Of a DNA stretch of 64,000 bases, positions 13,289 to 26,356 are shown one piece after another (position 1 is the stretch's first letter; the number at the start of each line of letters is the position of its first letter). The position numbers and the translations under genes are program-made. Under the pieces are notes generated by a model. The model was not told the origin of the DNA. It saw nothing but the letters and a program-made list of their open reading frames with translations, and ran no database searches. Source of the DNA: Paraspadella gotoi (lineage: Eukaryota > Animalia > Chaetognatha); contig CM119265.1 in assembly GCA_051294375.1 (NCBI GenBank), forward strand, positions 4,571,035 through 4,635,034, read 5' to 3'.

Positions 13289-13361
13289 GTCACGTGATCG
13301 AAGAGCAGATATCACGTGGTCCGCTAGTCACGTGATCGAAGAGGAGAGATCACGTGGTCCG
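13289..13361. promoter_or_regulatory. Four CACGTG E-boxes in a duplicated 38-bp unit
   Basis: CACGTG at 13291, 13313, 13329 and 13351. The unit gtcacgtgatcgaagag..aga.atcacgtggtccg occurs twice. Confidence 0.5.
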
Positions 13362-13364
13362 GTA

Positions 13365-13397
<33 letters not shown>

Positions 13398-13645
13398 CAG
13401 ATCTAGAGCAAACAGAGGGAAGGAGTACCCGTCTTCAAAAAAATATTTCATTCTTTTTTCTGAAGTTGAATCTAAATCGACTAATCTTGTTTTTTAAAAA
13501 AAAAGGACCAAACCTCGAGAGAAGGCAACAAAGTCATCGAGGACAACAACAACGACGACGACTACTATCGAGATAGCGATCAACGGCCACGCGCGACTCT
13601 TGAAAGAAAACGTCAAGAACGTCGTTACGAGTTTCGTAGAGAAAA

Positions 13646-13685
13646 GGGACAAGTGGGACAAGTGGGACAAGTGGGACAAGTGGGA
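13646..13685 (+). repeat. 9-bp tandem repeat (gggacaagt)x4.4
   Basis: Directly visible. Confidence 0.9.
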
Positions 13686-13837
13686 TAGGAAGCTTGAAGG
13701 ACAAAGAGGGCGAGGAGACCAAGACGGTTACGACGACGACTACGACAAGGACGACGACAAAAAACAACGACATGAATGACCGAAGCGACAAAAGCTAAAA
13801 ACGACAAAAGAAAAGGAATTAAAAGCGATGAAAGGAA

Positions 13838-13930
<93 letters not shown>

Positions 13931-14802
13931 TAATGGAAAAAAAAAATCGAAGAGAAGACGGAAGCAGATTGGAAAATTAGGTCACATTAGAATCACTGGT
14001 CCGTAAATATACATTCCTTTTCGATTCTTTTAATCATATTTATATGATCGTTTGTTTGTCTTATAAATAAAAACAAAACATCTATACATCTATATATATT
14101 ATAAACCTTCGATTCCCACCGCAACAGCAAGTTACGAAACATTGTCTCTTCGTTCTAACACATAAAGCGCTCGAGTCAGACGCAAACCCGTTAACGCTCA
14201 TAATAATAACTTATAAATTAGCATAAAAAACACACGTGCGCTCTGGGAAACCGAGAGCGCTGCCTGGTTGACGCTGGCGTTGTTGGTCCCGCGTGCGACC
14301 GGGTGTAAACACAATTAAGCAAAGTCGTTTAAAAGGAAATAAAACGAGTTGTTAACAAAGCATCGATCCGACGAGCCTCGCCGTTGAGGATCCGATGGGG
14401 GGGGGCGGGGGCGGAGATATCTGTGGGGAGGAGAGAAGTGGGGCGGAGAGTAATCCCAGATGGTGGAAATTGGAAAGGGCGGGGGGAACTTTTTTCGTTA
14501 GACGCGTGAGAATTGGCGATGATAATGAAAACGACGACGACTGAAGAAACGTAGTTAATTGCAGACAACTTTTTAAACAACAGGAACGGCGCATTAGAGT
14601 CACGTCTGTGGCATAAATTGAAAGTCAATGAAGGGGCTTTTGAAGAGAAACAAGAGTAACAAGAAAAGCAAATACGAACGGGGTCATACACAACAGCACA
14701 ATCGCCAACGACAGCAACAGTAACATCGACAACGGCGACGAATCGAATCGACAAAGTCAGCTGCGTTTACGACGCAACTCGTAAAAACCCCGTCGCGCTC
14801 GA

Positions 14803-14834
<32 letters not shown>

Positions 14835-15113
14835 CTTAGAAAGAAACTGATTAACATTTTTTTTCTTCTTTTTTTCTTTTTTTTTTTTATTGCGACTCCA
14901 ATTTGGGTTTATTTTCGCGCCGCTCGTTGGCTCGCGCGTCTTAAGAGGGAAGAGTTACGACGGGAGCGTAAAAACTCGAAACAAAATGTCAAAAGGAATT
15001 TAAACGGTTCGAGGGGAAAGGAGGGAAATAACGAAAATAGTCCCGTTTAATGAACGCAGAACATTGAAAAAAAAAAATGTTTTAGGTTTGAAAAAAAAGG
15101 GAATATAACGTAG

Positions 15114-18100
15114 TAGTGTCCTTGCAAATTTTATAAAGTTTTTTATTACAGAATTTAGCACTATAGTACAAAATTAGTTCCCTATATGGCTACAGAATTT
15201 TTTTCTATCTTTTGTTTTTTGAAAATCGATCAAATAAAGTGCTTTGCAACTCTTCAAAATTTGCAAAAAAAACGGTTTTTTTTCATTAAAATGAATAGAT
15301 ATCTTAAAAATATGCAGTTCGGAATCAATTTTACCTGCGTCAATTAAAAGAGCGGAAAATACTCATATTTAGGCATACTTTATTTTTAAAAATACCAAAA
15401 AAATACTTTTCCAATTATTGATGTTTTTAAAAAACCGAGTTCTCGGCATTTTAAAGTCACATTTTTTTATTTTCCGCTTTATAACTTTGAAAATAATATA
15501 AAATAAGGTAATAAACAGCACTAATCCTCTAGAAGTATCATTGGGCTTTCTATTAGGCGTAATAGGTATTAGTTTTTTTAATTTTTGTTCAGGAGCTAAT
15601 GAATTGGTTAATCCTGAAAAAATTTTAAAAATATTTATTTTTTTATTTTTGTCTGTGTGCTTACAATTTGAATGTTTATGATATCTATCATTATCTACAA
15701 TAAACATAAAGCTTTAATTTAAGCCTCTCCCAACTTTTTACGATTTTTCATTATTGAATTATACGTAAAAATAAAATTTAAAAAAAAAAAATTTATTAAT
15801 CAATTTAGTAACTTTCCAAATGGAATATTTTTTTTAAAAAAATAAAGATACAAAATACAGTTCTACTTATAAGGCTTTAAAACAAATGTTTAAAATAAAA
15901 ATAATATAAAATTATAATAAAAATTAAATAAAACAGATTATTAACTTTATTTATTATAAAAAATATATGAATTTAAATTAAATATCTCAATAAATAAGCA
16001 GGTATATATATATATTTCGTTGAGTATTTTAATTCAAATCTCATATGCCAGCTTTTAATAGTAATAATAATTTGTTTATTATTTTATGAAAAAAAAATAT
16101 TTACAAATAATGAATTAATACAGTAGCTCACTCAATATTTGATATATATTATTAATAAAATGTTCCCAAAATATTAACAAGTAATAATAGGGCCTACCAA
16201 AAATATCGTACTTTTAAAGAAAGTTTGTTTAGTTGCTCGGCAAAGTTTCTTATTCCAATTTTAATTTAAAAAAAAACGAATATCACATGAAAAATTTTTC
16301 AGGTTGTGAATTTCAATGGACTTTTCCAACGCCACTTTATGTGGGCGTAACGCACTTCTTGGTTCAAAAATGGCTGTTGTTTTTTTAAATAAAATGGTTC
16401 TAGAATAAAATTAGTTATTTTTAAGGCCTTTCTGGTTATTATACATAGTTCTAGAATATTGTTAATTTTTTTTGAGTAAATTATATGTATACATGTATAT
16501 TGCTAAAACTTATTAAATAACATTAATATTTCAGACTTAGAAAAAAAGGAAATAATTGAATATTATAGAGAAGAGATTTTCTAATACTATTCTTTGCCGT
16601 GATTAAGTTAGAGAAATAATTCTAAATGTTATGGTTTTATAATTCCATAATATGTTTTTTAAATAATTAAATTTTATGTATGTAATTGATGCTATAATAA
16701 CCTCGGAGGGTGGCGCCAATCCAAGGCTTTGCCTAATAGGAACGAATAATCAAGTACAACGGTGTATAGTAGCTAGTGAGCGATGGTGAAAAGAAACAAA
16801 AAAGTGCCGAGTCTGTCTAGAGCACCCTTTAAATTACCCATGAGACACTTAATGTGGTAGGTCAAGTAAAATTCGATAAAGGCAGGTTTTTTTTTTAAAA
16901 TGCTCATTAAAGTTTATTCGCGAAAATTTTTTATAAAAAATGTGTTGGTGTAAAAATAGTTTAGGTGAATATAAAGTGTGTTCACTTACAATTATTAAAT
17001 GTCTATACATCTATCATTATCTACAGAGCATAAGCTTGAAGAAAAATTTGTGAGTAACTTCACAAAAAAACTTTGAACGCTGATGAAGGCTCAAAATTGT
17101 GAGCCGAAACATGTTCGTCTATAATAAAATTGTTGCAAATAAATTATTGCGTCCTCCATAAAAAGCTTCTAAAATTTGATACGTCATATAAAAAGTAAGA
17201 AATTATTCTTATACTTTTGAAACAGGTTATTATTACTGGATATCTACTTAAATTACATATTTTGTAAGGTAGTTTTTTGAAAAAGTACTCACTATGGCTA
17301 TGCTTATGGCTAAACCCTGTAGCTTTAGTCAAAACTACTACTTTAATAAGGATTGGGAATAGAAGATAAAGTGGGTAAATATTCTAAAATTAAAAGATCA
17401 GAAAAAGATTTTAAATTTTTTAATGATATATTTTTTTTTACAAAATAATTTTTCGTAAATAATAAAAATATTATTGCTATTAAAAGCTGGATATGATTTA
17501 AATTAAACACTCCAACACTATATTACCTGTTTAATTTAATTTGAGATTAAGTTTTAATTAAACATCATAATATTTTATAAAATAAAGTTAATAATACTTG
17601 TTTTATTTATTTTTTTTATTATAATTTTAATATTATTTTTATTTTAACCATAGTTTTAAAGCCTTATAAGTAGATACTGTAATTTTGGTATCTTATTTTA
17701 AAAAAATATTCCATTTGAAAAGTACTAAATTGATTATCTTTTTTTTTTAAAAAAAATTTATTTTTACGTATAATTCAATAATGAAAAATCGTAAAAAGTT
17801 GGAGAGGTCTCAAATTAAAGCTATGTTTTGTAGATAATGATAGATATATTAAAAATTCAAACTTGTAAGGCACACAGACAAAAATAATAAGATAAAATAA
17901 TTTTTAAACATTTTTTTCAGGATTTTAACAATTCAATAAGCTGCCTGAACAAAATTAAAAACTATACCATATTTAACGCCCAATAGATAAAGGCCAGGTT
18001 TACTCTAGAGGATTTAGCTGTTTTATACCTTTTTTATATTATTTTCCAGTTTAATAAAAGGAAAATAAAAAAATGTGGACTTAAAAAAATGCCGAGAAAC

Positions 18101-18423
18101 TACGGTTTTTTAAACATCATAATTGGAAAAGTATTTTTTGGATTTTTTTAAAAATAAAGTATGTAAAATGAAGTATTTTCGCGCTCTTTAAATTGATGCA
18201 GGTTAAATTTGATTCCGAACTGAATATTTTTTAAGATAATCTATCATTTTTAATGAAAAAAACCGTTTTTTTGCAAATTTTGAAGACGTTGCAGGCACTT
18301 ATTGATCGATTTTTCCAAAAAAACAAAGAATAGAAAAAAATTAGTAGCATAATAGGGGACTAATTTTGTAACTAATAGTGCTAAATTCTGTTAAAAAACT
18401 TTTTAAAAATTTGCTAAGGCCTA
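15114..18423. mobile_element. Foldback-type DNA transposon, non-autonomous: ~1-kb inverted arms (15114-~16095 and ~17445-18423), ~1.35-kb spacer, TSD ataacgta
   Basis: The arms are reverse complements along their length, e.g. cagaatttagcactat/atagtgctaaattctg, cttcaaaatttgcaaaaaaa/tttttttgcaaattttgaag, cagttcggaatcaa/ttgattccgaactg, ccaactttttacgatttttcattattgaattatacgtaaaaa and its complement at ~17761-17802, ccagcttttaatag/ctattaaaagctgg. ataacgta lies at 15105-15112 and 18424-18431. No transposase ORF. Confidence 0.9.
17074..17120 (+). ncRNA. Minimal type I hammerhead ribozyme motif, Penelope-like-element type
   Basis: Sequence reads acg-CTGATGA-a-ggctca-aaattg-tgagcc-GAAA-c-at-gt-t-cgt. 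It has both conserved core boxes, a 6-bp stem II, a palindromic acatgt stem III, a GUU cleavage triplet and a short stem I (acg/cgt), followed by aataaa. Confidence 0.7.
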
Positions 18424-19180
18424 ATAACGTATGTAACTAGTAAGATATAACTTAAATTTTAAGTGAAGTAAATAATATGAAGTCTAATTAAATGGATTAC
18501 GGGAAAGTAATGTGGACAACGTTGCGTGTTCTTGCGCTGACGAAAAACAACGGAATTCAAATGAAGAGAAATTCTCAAATTTTACGTACTGACTCTTCCA
18601 AAATAAAAGTTGTCATAGAAAATAAAATCAGTTTATCGAATGATGCGTCTGCGGGTCAAAACGGAACTGGTCACGCAACAACGGGTCACGCGACCCGACC
18701 ATCAAAGTATGCTTGTTTTTTTTTTGCTTGCATCAATCGGGATTTGCAGGCGGTAGCTTAAGCCAAAATGTAGATGTAGAAATGCGGAATTAAGGTAAGC
18801 ACCGTTATTTAAATCTTTATGATTAGATTCCATATGCTAATTAATACTTTAAATTGAAAAAGATAATGTAATTTAATAAAGCGATAGGAAGAAGAGAGAG
18901 ATGGGAGACCAGGGGAGAGATGTCAGTAAGGAGTAATGACGAGATGAGTAGTGAGAGAGAGAGCAGAGAGAGAGAAGAGAGGGACGAGAAGATGAGAGAG
19001 AGAGATGATAGAAACGATAGAAGATCGTGGGATCGAGAAGAAAAGAAATAAGGGAAAAAGGATTGAAAGAAGATCGGCAAGAATAACTTTTCCGCCGTTT
19101 GGACAGTTATTGTTGCTTTGACCTGACGAGAAAAGAGAGGAAGGGGGAGATGATGAAGAGAAAATTGGGAGAAAAAGGGA

Positions 19181-19419
19181 AAGGGTTTAGAGGAAAGAAA
19201 AGGAGAAGAGGGTTTTAGAGGAAGAAAGGAGGAGAGAGTTTTAGAGGAAAGAAAGAGGAGAGAATTTTAGAAGGAAGAAAAGGAGGAGAGGGTTTTAGAG
19301 GAGAAAAAGGAGGAGAGGGTTTTAGAGAAAGAAGAAGGAGGAGAGGATTTTAGCGAGGAAAGAAAAGAGGAGAGGATTTTAGAGAAGAAAGAGGGAGAGG
19401 GTTTTAGAAAAAGAAAGGG
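19181..19419 (+). repeat. Purine-rich minisatellite, ~27-bp unit (gagggttttagaggaaagaaaaggaga), ~9 copies
   Basis: tttag core recurring about every 27 bp; copies are noisy. Confidence 0.85.
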
Positions 19420-22400
19420 TATATTAATAAGTGTAATAAGTTTTCCAGAATATAACTGGCAACTTTCTTCACCCTAATACATAAGTGTCGCCCGAGGAAC
19501 AGTCCGTATTGGTCGACACATAGTAATATCAGTCAGGCAATACTTACAGTAACGGTCACACATAGTTAACGCTATCAGCTCAAGCTACTCGTGTCTATAC
19601 AGGATTGACTTAATTATAGGATGGCGTCGCACGGTCGACATACGGCATGAGGAGTAAAAAATATAAGAGGAGTTCGTACATGGCGTTCAAATTTGTGATT
19701 GAAGGAATGTAAAATGAATGGAAAAAAATCATTCCAAGGAAAGACGTGGCATTCGAAATGTGAATGAAAGCGAGGCACCTAAATTTCAAATACTGAACTG
19801 AGAGATATAAGTTTCGAGAATTCGGTCTGCGACGAGACACAATCGGTAAATCTTAGATCCATAGACAGAGGAAAGGGAGAGAAGATGAGATATGAATAGA
19901 ATAAATTTGCATAATAGAAAATAGTGAAACCGAGATATGTGGCCTTTTGCTGTAGTAAGCAGCGGCAGCTGTGGTTGGTGATAGATGATGATGTATGATG
20001 ATTGATGATGATGATGATGATGATATGATGAAATGATAATGATGATAGATGATGATGATTGATGATGCATCGGATGAAAATTAATGATTGATTGATTATT
20101 CGAGTCATCAATTTTTTTCGAAATTGTTTACCTTCAAATAATTTTTTTCTCTCTCTGGTTTCATGTTTTCATTCTTTGATTCAGCGCCCACCCCCCCTGC
20201 CTCGACGCGAATCCGATGACAACTTCTCCCGACAATTGCGTTTCCTTGGCAACCGGCGAACGCCCGCTTTGATGGCGGCCAGTTGGCACCGGGTCGAGAG
20301 ATTAGCTGGCAACCGGACGGCATTCCGCGTGCCATCTCGCTGGCAACAAAAAAAAAGAGGAGCCAGGCGCTGGAACGCCGCGACCTGGATCCCGAAATCA
20401 GAGTTGACGAGAACGGCGACGAAACTGACGACGACGAGAGCGACGACGACGACGGAGACGACGACGAAATTAAATCTTATGCCCATATTTCATGATAAAG
20501 TCTTGGGGGGGTCGTAGGGGAGGTTGGCTGAATATCTAGGCAAAAAAGTCCTGGGACGGGGCTCTACCTATGGAGCCGGAAACGGGGAATATGGGAGACG
20601 AGGAGAAAAGTCAGAGGAATCGTCTCGCCGTAGCGTTTGGTTATCGTGTAGACGATTTATTATTGTTTTCTTACTACTACTTCAATACTTTCTTTTTTAT
20701 TCACTGGTTCTCTGCTTCGTTTATTTATTTTTTTTTAGGTGAAAAAAGATTAAGAATGTGATACAAAGAGAGAGAGAGAGAGAGAGTAGAAAGTGAAGAG
20801 AGAGAAGAGAGAGAAAAGCGTGGAGGAAATTTCTCTCGTTCCTGTTCGGTGACCCAGTAAAGTTTTCCCCGGTTCTTGAACCGCGATGCAGACAAACTTT
20901 GGAAGAGTTGACGCGCGTTGACCCACTTGTGCAAACGCTTCGCCGCTGGACCGGAAGTGAGTGAGAAAAACCGCCGACGGGGCCGGCCGAAAGTTTATAG
21001 GAAGGAGTCGGAAGCGTGAACAGCGCCCTGGGGGGTGGTCTGGGGCGGGCGATAGCAGTCGACCTCGGCTGGGTGGGAGCGTCGTGCAGGATCGCGTGCG
21101 CCTGTGGCTGACGTCGCGTATGATATAACGCTTGGACTGGAGTGACAAACCGGCGGCGGCGACGGCTCTCCGGCCGGCGGCGGTGGCCGGCGACCGGCAG
21201 CAGGCACAGCGCGCCGGGGCGTGACGGAAAATCGGTTTCCGTCGCGAAGAAAGAGAGAGGAAAACTCGTGGCCGAAAATTTCCCAGTAGTAGCGTATCTG
21301 CGTAGCCGCAGCGCTTAGCTGCTGAGGAGATGGGCGAGGAAGAGAGATATTACTGGACTCGTTAGTGTTACATTTTGTCGCGATAATCTAAAATTTTAGT
21401 CGCTTAGATACTAGGTACTATACAAAACCGATGCCCAGTGGGAACTGACCCACGCAACTGATTGAGCGAACGACCTATCCTCTTGGTGACCTTAGTTTAG
21501 GTAGGGTAAATAGCTGGCGGACAGAAAACCCTCGTTAATAGTGGGAGGAGGTTGGAAAGCTGGATGAGTTGAAGAGAGAGAAGAGACGGACTGAGCAGAA
21601 AGTCAATATTGAACGTTTAAAGACGGTAGTGGTTCGCCACCGGTTTCATCGGCGCCGTCGGTGCATGACGCAGAGAGACAAAACGACGACGATGTAAACG
21701 ACGACGTTAATAAACGACGATGACGGATGATAGGAAAATTCTTGGAGAAAAAAAAAATTCCATTCGTTGATGGAATCGAGCGAAATCGAAATAGATTTAA
21801 TCTCGGCAGAATCAATTTCGGGCAAATGATTTGTTCCAAGAGAAAAAGCGGAGTTTCTTTCTTTGTTCCATTTTCGGTTCATCGTCAAAATTCGGTTAAC
21901 AATTGCATGCGATTCGATGGGGAAGCGAGGGTTTTTTGTTTGTTTGAAATTTTAGATGCTCCACTAGTAAATAAATATATTGTGTTATCATTTATAAATT
22001 CTATGGCGGAAAGTCAAGGAGAGAGAGAAAGAGAAAAACAGAAAAAAAAAGTCGTACAGAGAATTTAAATCAAAATGATGGTCAAAAATATTCATAGCGA
22101 TTAACTAATTTGTAAAATAAGTCCTTTTTTTCCTGCCTAATACTTGCCAGTAAGTCGGATAACATGTAGATTGTAGAATGATAACATTATAACTTTTCCC
22201 GTCCATATGACGACTTCACATTAATGAATATTAGTAATGAATATATAAATATGAAACAGTAATGAATATATAAAACTTTAATTTTAATAATAATAACGAA
22301 ATATATTGGAAATAGACGAAGACGAAGACGAACTCATTTCTGAAACGAAATCAATAAAAGGAGACAATCGAATCAAATCCAAGGAAAAAGAAAGAAACGA

Positions 22401-22927
22401 AGAAATAAAGCGGAGAAACTCGAGAAAGAAAAAAGAGAAAAAAGGGGAAAAAAATTCCTTAGAAATAAATGAAGTCGTCGGGAGAGAGGGGGGGGTGGGG
22501 GGAGTTAAGAAATTCCGAGAAAAGAAGTTTTTTTCAAGGACGAAAGATAAACAAAAAAAAAGTTGAACAAAGAAACAAAAGAATTAAAATATTTAGAATA
22601 AACATAGTATATAGGGAATACTGTAAAAATAACAAACACTATCAAGACTGCAATGATAATATTAAAATCATATTTTTTATTTATTTGTAAAATAAAACTT
22701 TCTCTGCATTAAGTTTTCTATCTTTAGTCATGAGAAGAAAATTGAAAAAATGAGTTCTAAGACAGAATATTTAACCTATGACAAATAACTTCGTCTCTTT
22801 GTCGTCCTTTCAATAAAAGATAGAAATGGCGACGGATAAAAACCCAAAATCGGAGGCGAAATTAAGAAGTTTCGACGTCATTGGTATTCGTTGGCGAAAA
22901 GTCTTATTTCGTTGATTCGAATATATA

Positions 22928-23277
22928 TTTATATTGGTTGTACCAATTTCATAAAATTCAGCTCCTTGTATTTTGATGCTAGTGCGGAGTACAATAAGTA
23001 TTCCCCGATCTAATACTTAAGGGAGTGGTCTTTTCATACAATTGAAACATTCTTTGAAATATTTTCCACTTCATTGATAGGGAAGCCAGGTACTCTGGGA
23101 GTGAATAAACAAGACTGTGAGAGAGTCTTGATTGAAAGCTTGCAGGGACCTGCTATGTCATTATCTTGTAAGAGTGATGGAGGCCTTAAACCACCAAAGC
23201 CTGTCCAAAGTCAGGGGCAAGATAGCTTATTTATTAAATGAATGGATAATTTTTATATTGGTTGTACCAATTTCATA
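22928..23277 (+). mobile_element. Dispersed repeat: 324-bp unit bounded by 26-bp direct repeats (tttatattggttgtaccaatttcata)
   Basis: The 26-mer occurs at 22928-22953 and 23252-23277. Segment 23160-23277 recurs inverted at 58232-58349. Confidence 0.75.
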
Positions 23278-23928
23278 TTCAAGTTTGCATACAAAATTAA
23301 AAGTATCGTTCATCTCGATATTAAACCAAAAATAAATCTAACACGATCACTTACGGACATTACGGACATATGGACGCATTGAAGTCTAAACCGAACAAAT
23401 TTGACGACACAAGAATGACGACGTTGTTGTTATTGATGGATTCAAGTTTGTCATTTCCCCTTCTCCTTTGCTGTCCCTTCTCTCTCCCACAACGTTATTA
23501 AATCTAATATCTCTTTCTTTTTATTTTTTTAGATTCCGACGAAATTTAACGCTGAAAACGTCGGCCATTCATTTTCGACCCAGGAAATTCTGAACGAACC
23601 TTCTCTGATTTTCACGCTTAAAAATAAAAATACTGCGCCGTAAAGGAAAAAAAAAAAACAAAGAGATGAAAAGTAAACAACTTTGTCTACTTTGTCTCTC
23701 TCCCCTATTCGCCCCAAATTCCGAACCTTTTTCCCCTCGATCCCTTATTTCTCTCACGTGGACTCGATGCCGACAACGATGATCCGGATTCCAGCGCCGC
23801 CGACGGAAGTGGGCGTGGCCTCCGCGTAAGGCTAACGTCACTTCCGGCGACGCGAAAAAAAAAGAGCGATAGACGAGCGGCGTGCCAGCGGCGCCATCAA
23901 CACGCCGGGAATGCGCGAGTGGCGAGAG

Positions 23929-23960
<32 letters not shown>

Positions 23961-24039
23961 CGGATGGTGTCATCATATCCTCAGCCAAAGACGTCTCTTT
24001 CAAGGACTGGGGTCATCATCTGCTTCGGCCTGAGAAAAT

Positions 24040-24076
<37 letters not shown>

Positions 24077-24981
24077 TCGTTTTAATTTAAACAGAATTAT
24101 TATCACGACAGTTCCTCTTCAGAAAAAAAGCGTATTGCAACAACTTTCGTTCGCAACAAAATCCTTCCGCAATAAAACCGCAGCGACTTCGACTAACTTC
24201 TAATCTCGATGAAGGAGCGACTTTTTCGATGCGGAAGCGAACTCCGCACGCGATGAAGGAGCGAAAATTTNNNNNNNNNNNNNNNNNNNNNNNNNNNNNN
24301 NNNNNNNNNNNNNNNNNNNNNNNNNNNNNNNNNNNNNNNNNNNNNNNNNNNNNNNNNNNNNNNNNNNNNNNNNNNNNNNNNNNNNNNNNNNNNNNNNNNN
24401 NNNNNNNNNNNNNNNNNNNNNNNNNNNNNNNNNNNNNNNNNNNNNNNNNNNNNNNNNNNNNNNNNNNNNNNNNNNNNNNNNNNNNNNNNNNNNNNNNNNN
24501 NNNNNNNNNNNNNNNNNNNNNNNNNNNNGGGGGGGAGGGGGGAAGGAATATTGAGAGCGAGAGACTTTTGTTGTTCAATTAAGGATCGCGTCCGGAGAAT
24601 AAGCTGATTCAGGTTTTAGAGAATACATCAGTAACAAAATCATTTAAAGAAGAGAAACGTGTGACCCATAAAATCTTGGTTTTTTTCGAAACTGAAACTA
24701 GTAGAACGGTTTATTTTTCGAGTGAAACATCCCAAAATCTAAAAATATCTGTCCGCGTTTTAGTTGTTTGAGTATACCTAAGTTCATATTAAGCCACTGT
24801 ACGAACGTACAAAGCTTGTACGGCCCTGAAGCTGCTCGGACAAGCGTAACCGGGGCGGATGCAGAAATAAAAGTCAACGACAAAGAAAGAGGGAAGCAAA
24901 TAAATAACAACAGAGGAAATAGGAAGAAAACAACGCCAGAAAGGAAGGCCGTCGAGAGAAGAGAAGAGAGAGATAGAGAGT

Positions 24982-25038
<57 letters not shown>

Positions 25039-25168
25039 CAAAGGGCGCCAGAGATGAAAATTGAGGTCAATCTGATAATGGATATAGATTTGACCTCGTG
25101 AAGCGGTCAGTGAGAAGGAAAGGAAAGGTGGAAAAGGGGAAAAACCTGAATAGAGAGAGAGAGAGAGT

Positions 25169-25249
<81 letters not shown>

Positions 25250-25276
25250 AGAGAGAGAGAAGAGAGAGAGACGAAG

Positions 25277-25319
<43 letters not shown>

Positions 25320-26317
25320 GCATGAAGGTGAGTCGTTGATAAATGGATAGTAAACAGAAACTAATTTTGGAGGATCTTTCGGCGAGATGCTAAAGAAAGC
25401 GAAAAACAGTCGGGAAAACATGGGAGGAGGAAAAAAGGAATGAAAAAATGGAGGAAAAGAAGAAAAAAATGGAGGAAAAAGGAGGAAAATATAAAAATGA
25501 ACGAAAAAAAAAATAAAGAAAAAAGAAAAAGTGTTTGGGGCGAAGGGCGGAGCGAAATCGTGAAGGAAGGAGAGATGTGAGATAGCAGGAAAAAAAACAC
25601 GAACTAACTTTTCGACGGGTCACAGAACTCTGTGTGTGTCAGATTACGGCCGAAGTGAGGTGTGTCTAAGAGGAGAGAGAAGAGAGCAGCAGAGAGAGAG
25701 AGAAGCAGAGAAGAAGAGACGAAGAGAGATGCAAGAGGCAAGAGAGCGAGAGAGGATCGTTGGTGAACTTTAGGAGACATATCTTCTGGTTACAATTTTC
25801 TTTTTCCCGCAAAAACAAAGGAGGCGCACAAATAGATGCGAAGGAAGATAAGAAAAAAAAAAGAGACAAAAAGGAAAAAAAAGGGAAAAAGGAAAAAAGA
25901 AAAGAGAAGCGAATTCGAATCAATACGGATAAAGCGAAAAGAGAGGAAAAAAGAAAGGGGAAGCAAAAAAGAAAAATATCGGGCAGCAGTGGATAATCGA
26001 ATCAGACGAGAGGGGAGCTTCCATAATCCATGAGATAAGATTCAATACAGACAATTAAGGAACATATTTCTTTTCCCCGCTCAAGTCGTCCTCGTCGTTT
26101 TCTTCTTCTTCTTCTACCTTTTGAGTTTGACAGTTGATTTCAAAACCCAAAAATCATGAAAAACGGAGGAAAGAGAATTAAAGACAATCTCGCATGAAGA
26201 ATTCATTCTTTCAATTTTCACGGCGGAAAAAAAAAATTCCATTATCTTTTTTTTTTTCTTTCCGAAATAATAAATAATAAATAATAAATAATAAATAATA
26301 AAGAGGTCGGAGAAAGT

Positions 26318-26356
<39 letters not shown>

